DNA of 62,938 nt, counting the filler, from Collodictyon triciliatum (Eukaryota), in assembly GCA_043381765.1 (NCBI GenBank). It is 3 parts of 3 records of this genome, joined end to end, with 100 filler letters (N's around TTAATTAATTAA, not from the genome) between each part and the next. Parts side by side here need not be neighbours in the genome. Positions count along the whole stretch, not along the records: positions 54,139 to 62,938 come from JBHJMP010001048.1; 2 more parts are not named here. One strand, given 5' to 3'. Every line of letters starts with the position of its first letter. Positions within the stretch are counted from its first letter, which is position 1. Shown here one piece after another: positions 60,201 through 62,938 of the stretch. The notes under the pieces are model-generated. The model searched no databases and was not told the DNA's origin. It worked only from the letters and a program-made list of their open reading frames with translations. The translations under genes and the position numbers were made by a program.

Positions 60201-62938
60201 TCGCTGAATTTCTGAAAGGAACTACAATAAGCACAGTCGGACGGGTAAAGCCCTGGTCTCGGATTTCCCTTTGGTAGAAAATAGGATTGTTTCACCTCAT
60301 TAACTTTGATGTATTGAAATAAAAGATGTTGACAATGAAGAGTAAGAAAGAGACATTCAAAATGAATCATGGAAGTAGATCGTGCTTTGGTAATTAAAAA
60401 AAAAATACGGAGGCTCCTTTTTTGCGGATCTTGCAGCATTTATCTTTGCATTTCCCCTCAAGACACGGTCCCTTGACCTTGTCATATAAAAGACATTATG
60501 TCTCTATTTCAATCTCTTATATTTTTTTTTTCATTTAGAAATCAAGGTTACAGAAAACTGTTGCGATGACTGATTACAAATATTTTATCTCAGATGTATG
60601 TCTATGGACGTGATTGTAAATATCATTCATGAGAAATGATCGAGAGCTTTTTAGCCTTTGAATTACTTGAAAATGTGATTAAGAGCGTGTAAGGCAATAG
60701 TTTGTTGTACACCAGGAAGATTTTCTGTCGTCTCGCATGGAAAGTAAACATCCTTATATGTGTTTAATAAAGAAAACAACCGCATTTGGAATGGAGGCAG
60801 TGCTATCAAAGGGGAGAATTTTATTCCCTTAATTAGGCCCAGATTTTTGAAAATGAAAAGATACTAATGTAAATTTTTTGGGTGCGATAGAATTATATCT
60901 CTCATATGAAAACCCTACTAGCATCCTCTTGAGAGGTTTCTTTGGCTCGGAGGTATGATACTTGTTCTATGAGTCTTGCTTTCAGCTACATTTTAAAGAG
61001 TGAAAAGAGCCATGAATTTACTAGCCTAAGTTTTAAATAGAAACTTAAAAATGAAACTTTAATACTCGGCATAACATTTAATGATTATATGAACATATGA
61101 TTTTTTTTTCAATTTATGGTAGGCTTGTAGTTTCACATACTCCGTAATCCTTGAGAGTGTTATGGATGGGTGGTATAGTGGCGTCATCGTCGGTGCAGAA
61201 GATGGATCCGCCGAGTATTTCCCAGCGTGCTGATGAGCTTTTTTTCTTCTCTCGAATTGCGTGGTCATAAACCTTTGTAAACTTTGATGATTTTTTCAAA
61301 ATTCTAGCATCTAATGCAGGCTCCTCAATGAGGTAATGATGCACGTATGGGTCGTCTGAGCGAAGTTCTTCGAGGTTGTATTGGTCAAGATTTGACTCCT
61401 GAATCCACTTTTCTTCAATTTCACTTTTATCCACTAGAAAAAAAAGTTGATAGGGATAATGTGTATAACCCAGCAAATGATATGTTGATGCTACGATTTA
61501 TTATATAGATGTATACATATATATATGTAATAGGTACCCTGTCTGTCGACAAACTGCTTCTCTCCACTCCTTGAAATGGGAACCTCTGGTTGCGATACCA
61601 ATTAGAATGTAGGACAAGCGTTGGTGATTGCTCTTTTAAATGACAATATGATTCTGAACATATTCAAAAAATTAATATGCCCGGTTTTTTATGGCACAAG
61701 CAAATGGTTAGTAGAATACCTTTTTTTCTCGGTTTGATGAGAAGTGATGACCTGTGACTGCTGTTTTCACCCTCTTCATCGTAATTAATTCCAATATCTT
61801 GGAAGCTATCTTGACTATTTTCTTCGTCTTCATTTTCTTCGTCTTCATTTTCTTCGTCTTCATTTTCTTCGTCTTCATTTTCTTCGTCTTCATTTTCTTC
61901 GTCTTCATTTTCTTCACCTTCATTTTCTTCGTCGCTGTCTTCATCCCCGCTGTATTCTTCGTTGCTCAATTCTTCATCTGGAATAACTTCGAAGTCGGCT
62001 GGCTCTAGGCCATCCTCAGCTGCAGAGTCTTCAGAGTCTTCAGAGTCTTCAGAGTCGTTGTTAGTTTTACCTTCTGAAAAAGCATCGCTCTCTCCACCAT
62101 CAGTTCCAAGGGCCCCATCGTCCTTTTCTTCCTCCTCTTCGCTTTGGTCACTTTCTTCTTTGCCCTCACATTCCTTCATTCTCTTCTCCATCATTCTTCT
62201 CACTTCAGGAGCCTTCAGAGACTGCAACAGCGACTGATACGCACTCGGTCGTTCGTACGCATCGTAATCTGGATTGTCGTTGCCTTCAGCACCACCCACA
62301 TCATCGCTGCCTCGACTCTGCTTTCCAGATGGGCCTCTTTTCCCAGAAGATTTTGGCCCATGGGCTGAGTCTTTCCCTCCTCGCACTGTGCCTCTTCTCT
62401 TTCCAATCTCGACAATCGAATCTGCTTCTTCCTGCTCGCTGGTTTCATCGCTCTCGTCATCGACCTCACCGCGAAGAGCTCTTTGTCGCTTCTGTTCCTT
62501 CTCCTGTGATGAATCATATTCGATGATTGGACTCAAATGGAGAGACAGAGGGCGGCTCGGCCGTAAAATGGTAAGTGCTCTGATGAAAGCCTCAATGAGA
62601 GGCGGCATTGAAGAAAGGAAATACTGAAGAAAGATGTGACTAAAGAAAAGAATGAAGTTGGGTTGAATTGAATAGGGTTGAACAGAGTTGAGCAGAAGAG
62701 AAAAGAAAAGAAAAGAAAAACTACTCTGTGCTGGGCTCTGCGCTCCTCTTTGTCCCACTCGTCAGCTGTATTCACAGTCATCATTCTCTCCTTCGCACCT
62801 GCGCCGTCCTTCCCTGTGTTTGCAAGGTGGGTCGGTCTTCGCCCAGGAAGAATCGGATCGGCATTGCGGCTTCGCTGCCTCATCTTCTTGAGAGACGTAG
62901 CGCTGGACCTGGGCTTGAACTTTGGCTTTGAAGACGAT
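57278..62938 (-). CDS. UTP25: U3 snoRNP-associated protein 25 (UTP25/DIEXF); start lies beyond the window
   Basis: Acidic N-terminus; [104 protein letters not shown]; C-terminus ERILGTERCQRLL...MFC*. Confidence 0.93.
58734..58841. repeat. 13-mer units grading into a (CTTTTGA)n array, UTP25 intron
   Basis: CTTTTGCATATGA, CTTTTGCATTTGA, then (CTTTTGA)n. Confidence 0.9.
61818..61932 (-). repeat. Coding 15-bp repeat (EDEEN)n in the UTP25 acidic N-terminus
   Basis: (GAAGACGAAGAAAAT)n on the minus strand. Confidence 0.9.

Overview
Eukaryotic (protist-like), intron-rich genomic DNA in the standard code. It consists of three contigs joined by artificial 100-bp linkers (44N-TTAATTAATTAA-44N at 27028-27127 and 54039-54138). 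Contig 1 carries VAMP7, a GT92-type glycosyltransferase, a spliced orphan gene, a giant Kelch/CUB receptor kinase-cyclase-kinase (A, minus) and a p24/TMED. Contig 2 carries the first exon of a divergent secreted-protein gene, a paralogous giant receptor (B, plus), HID1 and a 5'-truncated XRN2. Contig 3 carries an orphan terminal exon, a spliced, apparently catalytically dead Harbinger-transposase-derived gene and a 5'-truncated UTP25. Four observations stand out: (1) five intronic copies of an ultra-short retroposed unit, CTTTGAATCGAATAAAGG+poly(A), an 18-nt hairpin flanked by 12-15 bp target-site duplications with a shared 5' boundary; (2) receptors with 2x(12 Kelch+CUB+Cys-rich) ectodomains on a kinase-pseudocyclase-kinase tail; (3) a probably domesticated Harbinger transposase; (4) two divergent genes whose start codons overlap in one CATG. 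Gene models were spliced by eye and are unverified by transcripts.
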